64,000 bases of DNA from Callorhinchus milii (taxonomy: Eukaryota): contig NW_024704743.1 in NCBI RefSeq assembly GCF_018977255.1, positions 60,824,001 to 60,888,000 on the forward strand, read 5' to 3'. The first letter of the stretch is position 1. Each line of letters starts with the position of its first letter. Positions 1 to 11,975 of the stretch are shown in pieces. The notes beneath the pieces were generated by a model. The model was given only the letters and a program-made list of their open reading frames with translations, was not told the DNA's origin and ran no database searches. A program made the position numbers and the translations under genes.

Positions 1-1440
1 CAAACCAATCTAACGATTGCCAACATCTGGATTAAATCCAACCAGATGTCTTCCCTTGATTTCAGAGTAAAATGCCCATAGCGTCCTTAATCTTCCTCAA
101 GCCATTGCTTGTACGCTCTGACACAGTTCCAGAAAATGTATTGGTTTAAAACTCCAAACTGTCCTTAAAAACAAACCCCAGTGCTTTTACGGTGGAGGAA
201 AATGGATTACGTTTCTGACCTTTGCAGTTCGGGTTTTTATGGTATCACACAAAATAATGTATCAGTGAGATCGATTAATATTAATGCACTAAAATTAGTA
301 AACGGCTGCAATGTCTGAGATTATTTGGAAAGTAGGTTTGGATGCTGATTTGGGGTAAGAGGATGAATGATTGGAAAGGAGCTGATCCCTGACATTGCGG
401 GTAACCAGAAGGGGGCACTGTGCGCTCGTTTAATTTTTCTGGGCTTCTTGACACTCACTCACTCATTGCTTCAGTGACTCGGATGGTCTTCAAATCCTAC
501 TCCTTAAAGAGTATAATCTTCATGCAAAAGTCATACACCAATATGAGTTCGAAACGTACAATGCCTAAGTTAACCAGCTAGAAATAAACCGATGGTAGAG
601 AAATTGTCAGTCCAATAAAATGGGGAAGTGTTTGGAATAGTCACTTTAAATACATAATAATTGCATTTGAGTTTATAATGTTAGAAGGTCTTACTTTATT
701 TTTTGCAATGACCAGTATGCATCAAAAGGCTCACTTTGAGAACCAATTATACTCGAGTGTAATAGAGACAACTATTTGGACTTAATAATAATTTATTGAT
801 AATAATAATCTTGCATTGATATAATGCCTTACCAGGTCACCCAAATGTCTCAAAGCAGGACTTACTGTAACGCATAGTGACAGTGTATTTTAGGTGAATT
901 AATAATATGCAGTGTAACAAAAATGTACAAATTGATTTTACGTTTTAACATTTGAAAAGCATTGACGGGTTTATAGTGTGTACAATCCTTTTATTCCCAA
1001 CAAAGGATTGCTAAGAAACTGAACTCAACATGGCAGTGTGCAGCAGCCGTCAGCAATGAAACCCTGCACATTGGATTAATTGGGTGGAAAGAGTACAGTA
1101 TGTACTGAGGAAGACTTTTTAATTGTAATTGTGTTAGGGGAGGGGTATTGCATTGAAACTCATTACAAACTTAACACGCAAACCCTTTACTTGTATACAA
1201 TAGATTACTTCTAGCTGAAGATTACTTATACATTTCCCATAAAAGAAATTGCAGACATTGTAGGGAGCACTCGGTATTTTTCAAAAGTGTTTTTAGCTCT
1301 GATCTCAGGAAGATACTTTTTTGACATTTCCACATTGTCATTTAGCACTGCTTTTCAACATAGAGCTGTGTTGTGCTCACCTGTCTTGTGGGGATGACAC
1401 TAACAGTTCCAAAACCTTCTCAGCCTCTGACCTTCCGCAG

Positions 1441-1593
1441 CTGTATTGAGAATTTTTGATTATGAACTGCTACTTGGTCACTACTTTCAGACTGTGTGCC
1501 GTAGAACCCTGGAGCTCCTCGGGAATAATTGCTGCAATTTTGCAACAAGAACTTAACAGGATATTTTATTTTGAGGATACTTAAGAGGCAACT
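1441..1593 (+). other. Possible non-coding 5'UTR exon of the calcitonin receptor gene
   Basis: Pyrimidine-rich acceptor (ttctcagcctctgaccttccgcAG) and donor-like GTGAGC in a repeat-poor segment. CALCR-family genes have distant 5' non-coding exons. Splice signals are the only support. Confidence 0.15.
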
Positions 1594-2039
1594 GTGAGCG
1601 GTCTGCCTTACATTTGCAGGAGATTGGCATGTCTGGAGCAGGCTTTAACGTTTTTACTTTCACTACAGTTAAAAAAAACTCCTCATGAGATCAGAGATGG
1701 CTGACACCTTGTGTGTATTTATATTCTTATAAAAGTGTGTTAGCTTCTGTCTACGCGAGTGAATGGGTCGATTATAAATAAAGTTATCCTTGTGTACATT
1801 AGTGGGAAGTGTAGATGGATGTAGTGGAATCAGAATTTGTGATGGTAGGCCTATAAGATGAACCATACAGGGAATACACTCAAGGTATTTACACAGATGA
1901 ATTAATCATCCTTGTGAATGATTTATTGAGATTTACTTCTGTGATAATCTAGTGTTAGAAGAGGTGATTATTATATAAATTCTGAAAAGTACGCATTTTT
2001 TTCCTGGGTTCAGCTTATTAGTCAAAATGTTTTTTTATA

Positions 2040-2870
2040 AGGAGAGATCCACAGCTAACTACTGGTATAAAAAGATTTCAAAGTTTCATCAGGACAGGAA
2101 CAGAAAGAATAGTTAGGTAAATGCGTGGTTAGAGATGTGGTGAAGGAGAGAGGGGATGTGAGGCAAAGGGACCACTGCTGGGCAGGAGTAAAATGCACTG
2201 ATGGGATAGCCAGTAGCTGCACTCAGCTGGCACTAATATCTTCGCAGGAAGTTTAACTGCACCTGTAGGGCAAAGTTTAAACTAATATAGAAGGGAGAAA
2301 GTGAAAAACAAGACAGTGGAAAACTTAGTTTAGAAAAGAGAGTAGCTTTAGGCGAATAGAAATATGGAAGTAAAAAGTTTACAAGAGATTAACAGGATAA
2401 AATACTGCATTAAAACAAGACATGAGATGACAGGGGGAATGTAAAAAGAAGAAAACTAAAGTGAGTGAATCCAAACTAAAATGCATGTATATTAGTGTAC
2501 AGCATATAAGAAGAAAAACTGGGGAATTAGAGGCATTGATTCAAATAGATAATCCTGAGATGATAGCAATCACTGAAATGTAACCGCAGCTTGGAGGGAA
2601 GAAGGGGATGGTATTAATTAGAGATTGTTATGGAAAATGCTCAAATGGAAAAAACTGGAGTTTAATTGGTACCTTCCACCAGGTGCCTCGAGACATAAAG
2701 TGCATTTCTTGCAGGGAACCCTGTGTACATCAAATTTTATTCTGAAGCAATTCTGAGGCTAACATTAATAGGGATTTTGTTTTTCCAATAATAGACTGAG
2801 ATGGGCAACGTTCTTGTGGTGAGAAAGGAGTTTATTTTTAATGTGCCCAGGGCAGTTTTCTCAGTCCGCA
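2040..2870 (+). mobile_element. Decayed CR1 LINE: ORF1 esterase C-terminus and start of ORF2 endonuclease
   Basis: Translates to NAWLEMW... and ...GTNIFAGS (ORF1 end), then KLKCMYISVQHIRRKTGELEALIQIDNPEMIAITE (APE endonuclease start), with stops and frameshifts. A further CR1 ORF2 piece lies at about 3760-3985. Confidence 0.7.
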
Positions 2871-3151
2871 ACCTCCTCGTAAAGCGCTGCAGCGTCCTCA
2901 CTGCTGGCAAAATGCCTGTGGCACAAACATCATTTTCTCTAAGGAATCTTGTGTGTGAAGTGTAGACTTACAAGACTTTGCCCCGGTCCTGAGATCTCAA
3001 TGGAGGTGAAATCTTGTGACTCTACATATCATCCAGGGAATTGCCTGGAAAAAACTCAGCTTTTACGTTGCTAGCATCTACCCTTCAGTGGCAACACCAG
3101 AGCACTTTTACATGAGAATTTGTTGCTGTTCCAACAAAGAAGGAAGCGTTA

Positions 3152-3442
3152 CATTGGGGGTTCCCAAACTTTCTGGCTCAAGGCCCCCAGGACATGAAGT
3201 ATTTTGGCCATGGCCCCCAAGCCTTCCCCCATCTCCCACTCAGGCTGTTCAGGTTTCCTGTGGGGCAGCAAGGCCTTCCTGGCTCCCCCACAGACTCTAC
3301 AAAAGGCTGCTCTGAAATATCTTGCACTAGAACCATGGGACACTCTTTTCTTATCTGCTCCTCAGGCTTCACAGGTTTCTGTAGTCCAACTTGGCTTCTG
3401 TGACCTGCTTCTAGGTAATGTATCAGAGCAGGTGGCAACCTA
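3152..3442. mobile_element. Decayed non-autonomous hAT-like DNA transposon fragment(s)
   Basis: Starts with ca..ggggttcccaaactttct (hAT/Charlie-like terminus) and ends with ggtggcaaccta (hAT-like terminus). The two ends do not match, so these may be nested relics. Confidence 0.3.
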
Positions 3443-4919
3443 AAAATAATGATAGTAATCCCTCCATTTGATAAAGGGACCTTAATATTGAGAAATTGTC
3501 TCAAAGTGCTTCTCAAGATATACTATAAAGTGTAGTGACTGTGTATTCTGTAGGCAAATACAGCAGTCAATTTGTGCACAACAACCTTCCACAAACAAAC
3601 ATGGAGTGAGTGATACATTTCATTTGGAGATTCTTGACAAAGACACCCTGTATTGGACTATAATGAAATGCAAGAAACTTGAACCGACACCTTTTCACTC
3701 AGAGGCAAGAGTGCTATATACTTAGCCAGTCTGACAGTAGAATAATATTTAGAAAACAGTGACCAAGGGGTATAATAATTAGCTTCATTATAAGAATAGG
3801 AGAAGGAAAATGGAGGACAGTGGTATTTGATTAGAAAAAAGCACATTCTAGCAAGATAAAAAGAGACTTTAGCCAGATTAACTGGAAGGAAAAATTGGCA
3901 GATAGAAATGTGGATCAACAATGGAAAATATTTAAAAGAAGATAATGGATATGGTACAAATGAAATATATTCCAGTAGGATAAAGGTGGTGTATTGAGGG
4001 CTGCAGTCAGAGGTGAAACAGAACTGTGTGCGTGTGTTCAAAAATGTATGTAGAGTATTCTGTCCCTGATTTAAGAGCAAGAAGGTAGTGAAACAGTGTC
4101 TGTTTGGCTCAACTATTAGCATTCTTACCTTTGAGTTAAAGGGTATTGTCACAAACTCAGTCCCCCTGAGTGTGGACACGTTCTACCCAATTGTCGAGCT
4201 CAGCTCAGGCACCTCCACAGATAATATTAACACGACAGGATTGAATATTTTCTCACAGAGAAGTCATAGTTCCGGTCTATTTCAAAGGCTGTTGTAATTA
4301 TGAAGACTGAATCAGTTGTTTTTTCCACTGGATTATAATTAACAGAGTCCATGGATATTCACGGAGGTGGTAGATTTTACAGTGCTTCTTTGATACAAGA
4401 GCTTGAACAAAAAAGAATAACCATTACAGGTAGAAGTGTGGCAGTTGGCATAGTCAAATTGGGACATGATGAAAGTGTGGGACTCGTTCAAAAACAATTT
4501 GAAGCTGTGATAGGATGATGGTAGGGTGAATATTCAGGAAGGATGAGAGCAAATTAATTAAAGGGCCTTCAACATCCAAATTCTCAAAAAACGATTGATC
4601 AATCATTCGATTCATTGCTGTTTATTGGATATGGCTGGTGTTATATTTGCCTGGAAGGAAACAATAACTACACATTAAAATAATTCACTGGGGGAAGTGT
4701 TTTCAGATGGTTTTGAATGCAATTAGGACTGTACAAAGTGTACAGCCTTTTAATGTAACACCACGTTGTGTGGTTTACGTACACGGGAATTTGATTTTGT
4801 GTACTAGATAGCGACCTGAAAACTTGTGATCTGAGTAACATGTTTCATTTGTAGAACCTTTCAACTTTCAAAAAAAATATTTTAATAATAATAATTATTT
4901 AATTTCAAAAAAAATATTT

Positions 4920-5325
4920 TAATAATAATCCTTACATTTTGATATAGTGCTTTATCATCCCATTGAGATGTCTCAAAGCACTTCACAGGATATACTGTAA
5001 AGTATATTTTGTGGGCGAAATACCGCAGCCATGGAGTGTGTGGTCAATTTTGGGTGGGTGGGGGGGGGTGGAATTGTTGGCCAGGACACCAGGAGAAATT
5101 CCCTTCTCTTTTCAAATAGTGCCATTGGATTTTTAACATCCACCTGAACAGGCAGACAAGGCATTAATTCAACATTTCATCTAAAGAATAGCACCTCTGA
5201 CAATGCAGCGCCTGCCCTGGTGTGTCAGCCTAGATTACCTGAATTCCAAATTCTGACAGGGGTTTGAACCAACCAACCTTCAGATTCAGAGACAAGAGCG
5301 CTAGAAACTGAGCCAGGCTGACACG
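4920..5325 (-). mobile_element. Old Deu-domain SINE (SacSINE1/AmnSINE1-like)
   Basis: Reverse strand carries the Deu-type core (ctgtctgcctgttcaggtggatgttaaaaatccaatggcactatttgaa), a tRNA-like head and a (TTA)n tail. Confidence 0.7.
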
Positions 5326-6186
5326 TACAGTGCTCTCCTGGTATTTCTATTACTCACACCAGCTATTCTTGATGTCTCTCTGAGTAAGATTGCTAAACTT
5401 AGTGCCAATTTAATGTCAGAATCAGTTTTGTGATGCAGTCCAATTCACACTAGGAATTAAGTTGAGACTAAAAGTATAAGATCTGAATATACTCGTAAGT
5501 CACCCCTCAAATCACGTGCAAAATCCAATCCACTTTCTCTGTTATATGTCTCTTTCTGGTTCATATTTTCAGCACATCTGTTTAGCATTTTTTTTATCTC
5601 TTGCTTTGCCCATTTTCCCACTCCATAAATTGCAGACATATTTCTACTTCTTATAAATTGCAGGCATATGATTTATATGTGTGTGACTGGGTTCAGATGT
5701 CACAGCTATACTCTGAAGCAGCTATTACAATAATAACTTGCACTTCCATACCTTCTTTCATGCAGAATAAATGTCTCAAAGGGCTTACTGAGCACTTTGT
5801 TCAGAGAGTAATGGTCTGCTTCACATCCCTCCCACTATCTGTCACACCATTGGCTTTCAGCCATTCTGCCCTCGCTCTCTGAAACTACATCCCAGAGTCC
5901 CTCTGACTTGCTTACTGACTCCAATCATTCAAGACCACATCTTAAAACATACCTCTGTGACCCCACTTTTGTTCATTAATCTTCGCCCCACCACAACTCC
6001 CACCTCCAGCTTGGGTGCTGATCCTGCACTGTAAAACATCTTTCCAATGTAAAAGGTAGAATTTTCTATGCCTGTCTGTTATTCAAATATATTGAGTAGC
6101 ATTTTAAATACATTTTTTNAACGTATTTAAAGTGTTTGATACTTATGGTGCCATCAAACCTGACTCTAGAGTTGATTACAACAATA

Positions 6187-6625
6187 TGATGAGGTAATCG
6201 ACCATCTATAATTTGCATAAATGGATATGAGGTGCACAATTACATCTAGTAATCGGTGCTACACAATTACCATTGGGTCCCCTAATTCGGGGAGAGGCTC
6301 AAAGCCCATAAAAGAACGAGCACCATGTGTTCGGGGTTACTATTTTTCTACTTGATAACAACAAAGGTACATGCTCTGACTATTGATGAGTAGTAGTCAG
6401 AGATTGGTTCTTCATGCACTTTACATTAACTTCATTACAAGTGGCTGCTAGCATGTATAGTTTAAGTGTGAGTAACGTGTATTATCTCATAGTTGTGTTG
6501 TGTTGTTTAAGATTTAATGTTGAGGGTGTGGATTTCATCGAAGTGACAATAAAATTGTAATTGAACATTGAGTTAACTGTGCTTAACTCAAGCTTTCTGT
6601 ATAAATCAAAGAAGGGGGATACACA
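6187..6625 (+). mobile_element. Probable solo LTR (Gypsy/ERV type), 439 bp
   Basis: TG...CA termini flanked by a 4-bp direct repeat AATA (6183-6186, 6626-6629), internal TATA-like CATAAAAG (6307-6314) and AATAAA (6548-6553). Confidence 0.5.
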
Positions 6626-7731
6626 AATAGGTTCAGCCTAGGTCACAGAGGTGTAAAATAAACCTCTGATTGACTGAAGCTTCCCAGTTTGTGTTAATTT
6701 AAATAGCAATTGGTAGTACCTGTCATCATGGAAGGAGTCGTTAGTCAAGTTACACCTAGTTATAGGGACATGCATTCATGAGGGGGTATGGAACAGCAAC
6801 AGCCACCCAGTACTCTGTGAGGGAGAGCGAGCCATATTGTGGGTGTACATATAAGAGTGATAGAACCGTCCAAGAATACAGATATAAATTGCATTATATT
6901 AACAAATATATGATAGGAGCTTTGAGCAGAGAGAATAAAAGATTTAACAATGTTGACCAAAAACATTGTTGTAAAGATATGTTTTGGTGATAGTTTGGAA
7001 GAAAGTCCTACAAAGATTCTCATATATCTAACCCTGTGATGAAGAAAGGACCGACACAAATTCCTGCAATCAATCGAATATTTACTAATGTGAATTAGCG
7101 TGGTTATGCAAAATACAATCAATTAATCACTTGAAAATAATGCTTACGTATATTCGGTACAATTCACAACAAGTAATGGACTAATTCTGTAGAGAAGAGG
7201 TGGAGGAAGAACTAACTGACCGACTGGTACCAGGATTGTTGTTTTGTGAGTGTCGATCAATATTTTGATGGGAATCTCGATCTTTGTCTTCTTTCTTTAA
7301 TATATTGGTTACGGGTAGCTAATGTTATGGGTAGCTAGTTCATTCCCAAATCTCTCTCTTCTGCTTCCTTCCTAAAGCTACCATTCTTTTATCCAGTTGT
7401 TCAATGACGTTTCGGACTCCTTTTTCGCAAAATTGTCTTAACTTCTGCAAGATGTAAGACTTCAGACAGCCTTGATACAGTCATCCTGTTCTGCCTTTTA
7501 TTTTTATCAGAAATTGTGTAATATTATTTGACCTTTTCACAGCCTCATAATGGAGGATTTCAGATTATTTGCAGTCTCGATTAGACAATGTTCAAACAAT
7601 TAGCCTTTTGTCCCATCAACACACCCATAGTGCTTTGCAATTCCTTCTTTTAGATGAACTTATAACACACGTGAATCCTGAGATCGCTTAAATGTGTTAC
7701 AGTACAAGAGAACAGAGGTAAAGTGGTGACT

Positions 7732-8066
7732 AAATAATAATAATATAATAATAATAATAATCCTTGCATTTGATATAGCGCTTTTCACGTCGGGAGGACA
7801 TCCCAAAGCGCTTCACAGAACACACTGTAAAGTGAATTGACTGTATACTTGTGGGCGAACGCAGCAGCCAATTGCGCACAGCATTGTCCCACAAACAGTC
7901 GTAGATTGAAAATGACCAATTTATTATTGTTTTGGGTCTTTTGGAGGGATTATTATTAGGCGTGTGGAGTAAGGAAACTTGCCCAAGGTTTCGCCCTCTG
8001 CCTGGAATTGAACTCAGGTCTCTCGCTTGCAAAGCGAGTGCTCTAACCACTGAGCTACAGGACTCC
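7732..8066 (-). mobile_element. Young tRNA-derived SINE (resembles the chimaera SINE2-1 family), full length
   Basis: Reverse strand begins GGAGTCCTGTAGCTCAGTGGTTAGAGC (A box) and GAGTTCAATTCC (B box) and ends in an L2-like stem and (TTA)n. Nearly identical to the copies at 31046 and 58376. Confidence 0.9.
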
Positions 8067-8353
8067 ACAAGGGTAGAAAATGGGTAAAAAGGGGCAAGAC
8101 CATGAAGGGATTAAGGTCAAGACAATTTTGTTTTGGTCAGCTGGGTGTTTGACAATCATGGAAGCTATTACAATGCTTAAGAATCTCCAAACCTAACAGT
8201 TCAACATGTTTGGAGTGTGACCAGTTTGGAGTGCACTCTCTGTCCCCAGAGGGAAGTACCCTCCTTACCTAAACCCAGAGTCGTGCTTAAAAATGTCTAA
8301 TGTAATTCCAAATTACAAATAAAGTGAACTTGAAGATATAGAATGAATTATAC

Positions 8354-8745
8354 TGTAGTGCAGGACCCTCCAATCTTTTCTCTCCCTCACCACAATGTTG
8401 CTGAGAGGTCACCAGATAGATATGGATGCACATGGTGACTCTCACTATAATACAGGGAAAACTTGCAACAGCAACAAAACAACTCTGGAAGGGTGTGGGT
8501 TGGGCTCACAGTTGGTGCCTGACAACCCTCTTACAGACCTGTGCACTCAGAATCCCCATTGCTCTAACCATTAACCAACCTCAGGCCAGCCATGTGGTCT
8601 AGGCCTCATGCTCCTTGGCCAAGTCTAGGGTCTCCACCCTTCTCAGCCCAGCACCAGCAAGAGAGAGAGAGATGGGGGTGTCGTCAACTCCTTACGAAGG
8701 CACAGGCTTGAGCCTTCCTGCTCTGAGATCCTTGTGCCCACTACA
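8354..8745 (-). mobile_element. Probable solo LTR, 392 bp
   Basis: 7-bp inverted termini TGTAGTG...CACTACA, GC-richer than the flanks. No short TSD; instead flanked by a diverged ~55-bp direct repeat. Confidence 0.45.
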
Positions 8746-10309
8746 AATATCTAAAGTAATTCCAAAAGTAAACTTGAAGATGTAGAATAAATCATACATT
8801 TAAAAATTGTTATAGAGTTAATTATAAGACACTAAAAAAAATCACAAAACTTATCAAACAGAGAAGAGCACTTAGCTCACATCAATAAATGTGTCACTGG
8901 AATACATCAGGCAGAGTAACCGGCCTGTGTAGCTAATGGAAGAAGCCTGAGTTTACTTCCCTTCTCGCTCAGCCATTGAGCTGGTCGGTGGTGACGAATC
9001 TGTTGGTGTTTGTGTACGTGGGTATTGGGTGGCAGCGAGTGAGGGATGAGGGTAAATAACAAAGAATTTACAAAGAGTGTACAGCACGAAAAAAGGCTAT
9101 TCATCCTAACCAGTCCATGCTGGTATTTATACGCCACACGAGTTTCCACCCATTCCTTATTCCCTCCCACACCCTTCTATTCTCCTCTCCCTCGTGTAAA
9201 GGTCTAGCTTCCTCTTAAATGTATAGCAAAAAATAGTTGAAAACGGCAGTGAATTTTTTTTAGCAATAAAAGGATTGTCATTTTCCCAGTGAGAGATATG
9301 AACATAGACAAGGATAATAACAACTGGCATTTATATAGCGCCTTTCATCTAAATTAAATGTCTCAAAATGCTTTCCAAATAAAATTGATTCAATCAAAGC
9401 AAATGTTATATAGGCAAATGTGGCAGTTAAACTGTGTCAACATCATTTCAGCAAACAGCAATGAGATGCCCAGCTAATTAATTTGAATTTGGGGTACATT
9501 TAATTAGATGGGATGAATAAAAAGGAGAGAAGGCAATTCTGAAGATCAAAGCAAATTAATATACATTTCCAATTTATATATGTCAAAGGAAATGTCATAC
9601 GTTCACACTTGGCCTGCTCATCTCCAAGTAAATTCAGTAATAAACCATCAACGTTTGTTTGCTGGTGCTTGATCCTATTGTAAACCCTCTGATTAATTAA
9701 TGTTTAATGAGAAATAAATTACTTTGACAATCTGATTTACTTCAAAGAGCAGACTGCTTTGTAAATAGATTAAATTATTAGTGGATGCGTGGATACATGG
9801 GACTATTACAATTATGCCACAACATATTTTTTGTTGCTTAATTATTTGAAGTAAGATTTGGCTTCATTTCTAATATACTTTGCAGTCATCTCCCTTGTGA
9901 AATTCCCCTGTTCTTTCTTTTTCACAAATATTTGCAGTAACTAAGAGGTTAACCTGCAGTGCAAAATGATTTGCTGACTTTTTTTGCATATTGTGTTGAG
10001 CATCAAGTTTACTCTATTATACGTCAAGGTGAGGATATACTTGTGAAGAAAAAGAGGTTCAAAATTATGATTTGTGTACTAATTCATTCAAGTCACTCCT
10101 TTCATTTTCTAGTTGGATATTAGCTCTGAGTAGATCCCTTTTGCCACACAATATCAATATCAAATACTTCCAAATCAGATAAAATATAAAGTAATGCTCC
10201 CACTACTCTGTTGAAACGGTACATGTTATACCCTATTTTTACTGCACCAAACAGAGTTGGAAGCCACAGTTATGGCTTCATTTCTAATATACTTTCAATA
10301 CATATGTAT

Positions 10310-10750
10310 CAGGCTGGCTCAACTTGTAGCGCTCTTGCCTCTGAGTCAGAAGTTTATGGGTTCAAATCCCAGGTCAGGTCTTGGATCTCATGTAGCTTAA
10401 GCTGACAATCAAATGCAGCGCAGGGGTGTGCTTCATTGTCGGACGTGCCGTCCTTGGATCAGACATTAAACCAAGGCCCCGCCTGCCTGTTCAGGTGGAT
10501 GTTAAAGAGCCTATGGCACTATTCAAAAAAAAAAGAAACAAATTTCTTCTGGTATTCTGGTCTACAACCTCCCAAATAAAATTGGTCACTCATTCTATGG
10601 CTTATTTGTGGGATTCAACTATGCGCAGCTGGCTGCAGCATTTTGCCCACAAAATATACAGTTAATCCACTTTACCGTATACCTGTGAAGCACTTTGAGA
10701 TATCTCAGTGACGTGATAAGGCACCATATATCAAATGCAATGATTATTAT
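10310..10750 (+). mobile_element. Old Deu-domain SINE
   Basis: tRNA-like head (tggctcaacttgtagc...gggttcaaatccc), Deu core (cctgttcaggtggatgttaaagagcctatggcactattc), TTA tail. An inverted partial copy follows immediately at about 10760-10932. Confidence 0.75.
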
Positions 10751-11024
10751 TAAACATACTGGACATCGATTTAACATTTCATCTGAAGGGCGGCACCTCC
10801 AACAATGCAACACTCCCCCAACACTGCATTGGAGTGTCATCTTAGACTCTGTGATTCTAAGTCACAAAGTGGCGCTTGTACCCACAATCTTCTGACTCAA
10901 AGACAAAAGTGCTACCACTGAACCAGAATGGCTCATTCCTGAAGTAAATTCATTATGGGCTTAGCAAAGAAAAGGCAAAAGTATCTTTATTATATGGTTA
11001 TTGCAGAATAAGTACTGAGACTGA

Positions 11025-11465
11025 TTGGCTCCCGTCAGCGGCTCCACACCTCAGGCACTGACAACATCACCATCCAAAGATGCACACTCCACCTTACTAA
11101 GCCAGTCCAGAACCTTGGCGTTTTGTTTGATCCTCAACTATCCTTTCTACCTCACATCCGTGCCATGTCCCGCTCTGCCATCCCCCACCTCCGCAACATC
11201 GCCCAGCTCCGCCACTGTCTCATACCACAGGCCGTCAAGACCCTCATACACACATTCATAACATCCAGGCTTGACTATGCAAACTCCCTGCTTGTCGGGC
11301 TCCCTAACTCCTCCCTCCATAAGCTGCAGATCATCCAGAACTCTGCAGCCCTGTCCTCTCCCGCACCAGGCTCCGTGTCCCTATCACTTTCATCATCGTC
11401 CAACTCCACTGGGTTCCCATCACACAGAGGATACAGTTCAAGATCCTGGTCCTCACCTTCAAAGA
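11025..11465 (+). mobile_element. L2 LINE fragment (RT C-terminal region)
   Basis: ORF 11123-11494 reads FDPQLSFLPHI...HLRNIA...LIHTFITSRLDYANSLL.GLP...LQIIQNSAA, typical of L2 ORF2. Confidence 0.85.
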
Positions 11466-11584
11466 GGCAGTGTTGGGAGATGTGGAATACGTGAAGGAAA
11501 GCAGTTTTGGTGAGGGACCAGATGTGAGGAGGAAAAGGAAAGATTGAAAGGAAAGCTGGGGATAGCTAGTGTCACAAATAGGAG

Positions 11585-11975
11585 TCAGACTAGCGCAGGT
11601 GGCAGCACTCTCACCTCTAAGTTAGAAGGCTGTGGGTACAATGATGGGGAAGTGCTATTTTGTTGGAGGTACCATCCCCCAGATAAGATGTTTAACCAAA
11701 GTCCTGTCTGTCTATTCAAATGGGTATCAAGATCCTTCGGCACTATTCATTAGGCAATTTTACACGGTGTCATGCCCATCAATCCCAGATCAAATTGGTT
11801 ATTAACTTTATCAACTTCAAATTGGTCATTAACTTGTGGAACTTTGCTGTGTGCAAATTAGCTGCCATGGTCACCTAAACATACATTGTGACTGCACTTT
11901 ACAGTAAAACCTGTAAAGCCTTTGAGATGTCTGCCCAACATTAAAGGTGCTATATTAGATATAAGGATTAAAATT
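11585..11975 (+). mobile_element. Old Deu-domain SINE, diverged
   Basis: Colinear with the copy at 10310-10750. Confidence 0.6.

Noticed and set aside
3658..4179. 173-aa minus-strand ORF
   Set aside because: It is antisense to purine-rich CR1 and SINE remnants, has low complexity and shows no domain.
6119..6119. Ambiguous n bases (6119, 14120, 63199)
   Set aside because: All adjoin homopolymer runs, so they reflect assembly uncertainty.
6720..7235. Possible DNA transposon with degenerate TIRs, or the 120-aa ORF 6760-7122
   Set aside because: The terminal similarity is too weak, there is no TSD, and the ORF has no recognisable motif.
7730..8068. Recurring ORFs ending ...RREKRYIKCKDYYYY or IIIII (also 26955, 30985, 47330, 58287, 61304)
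   Set aside because: These are chance translations of one SINE family and its (TTA)n tail.
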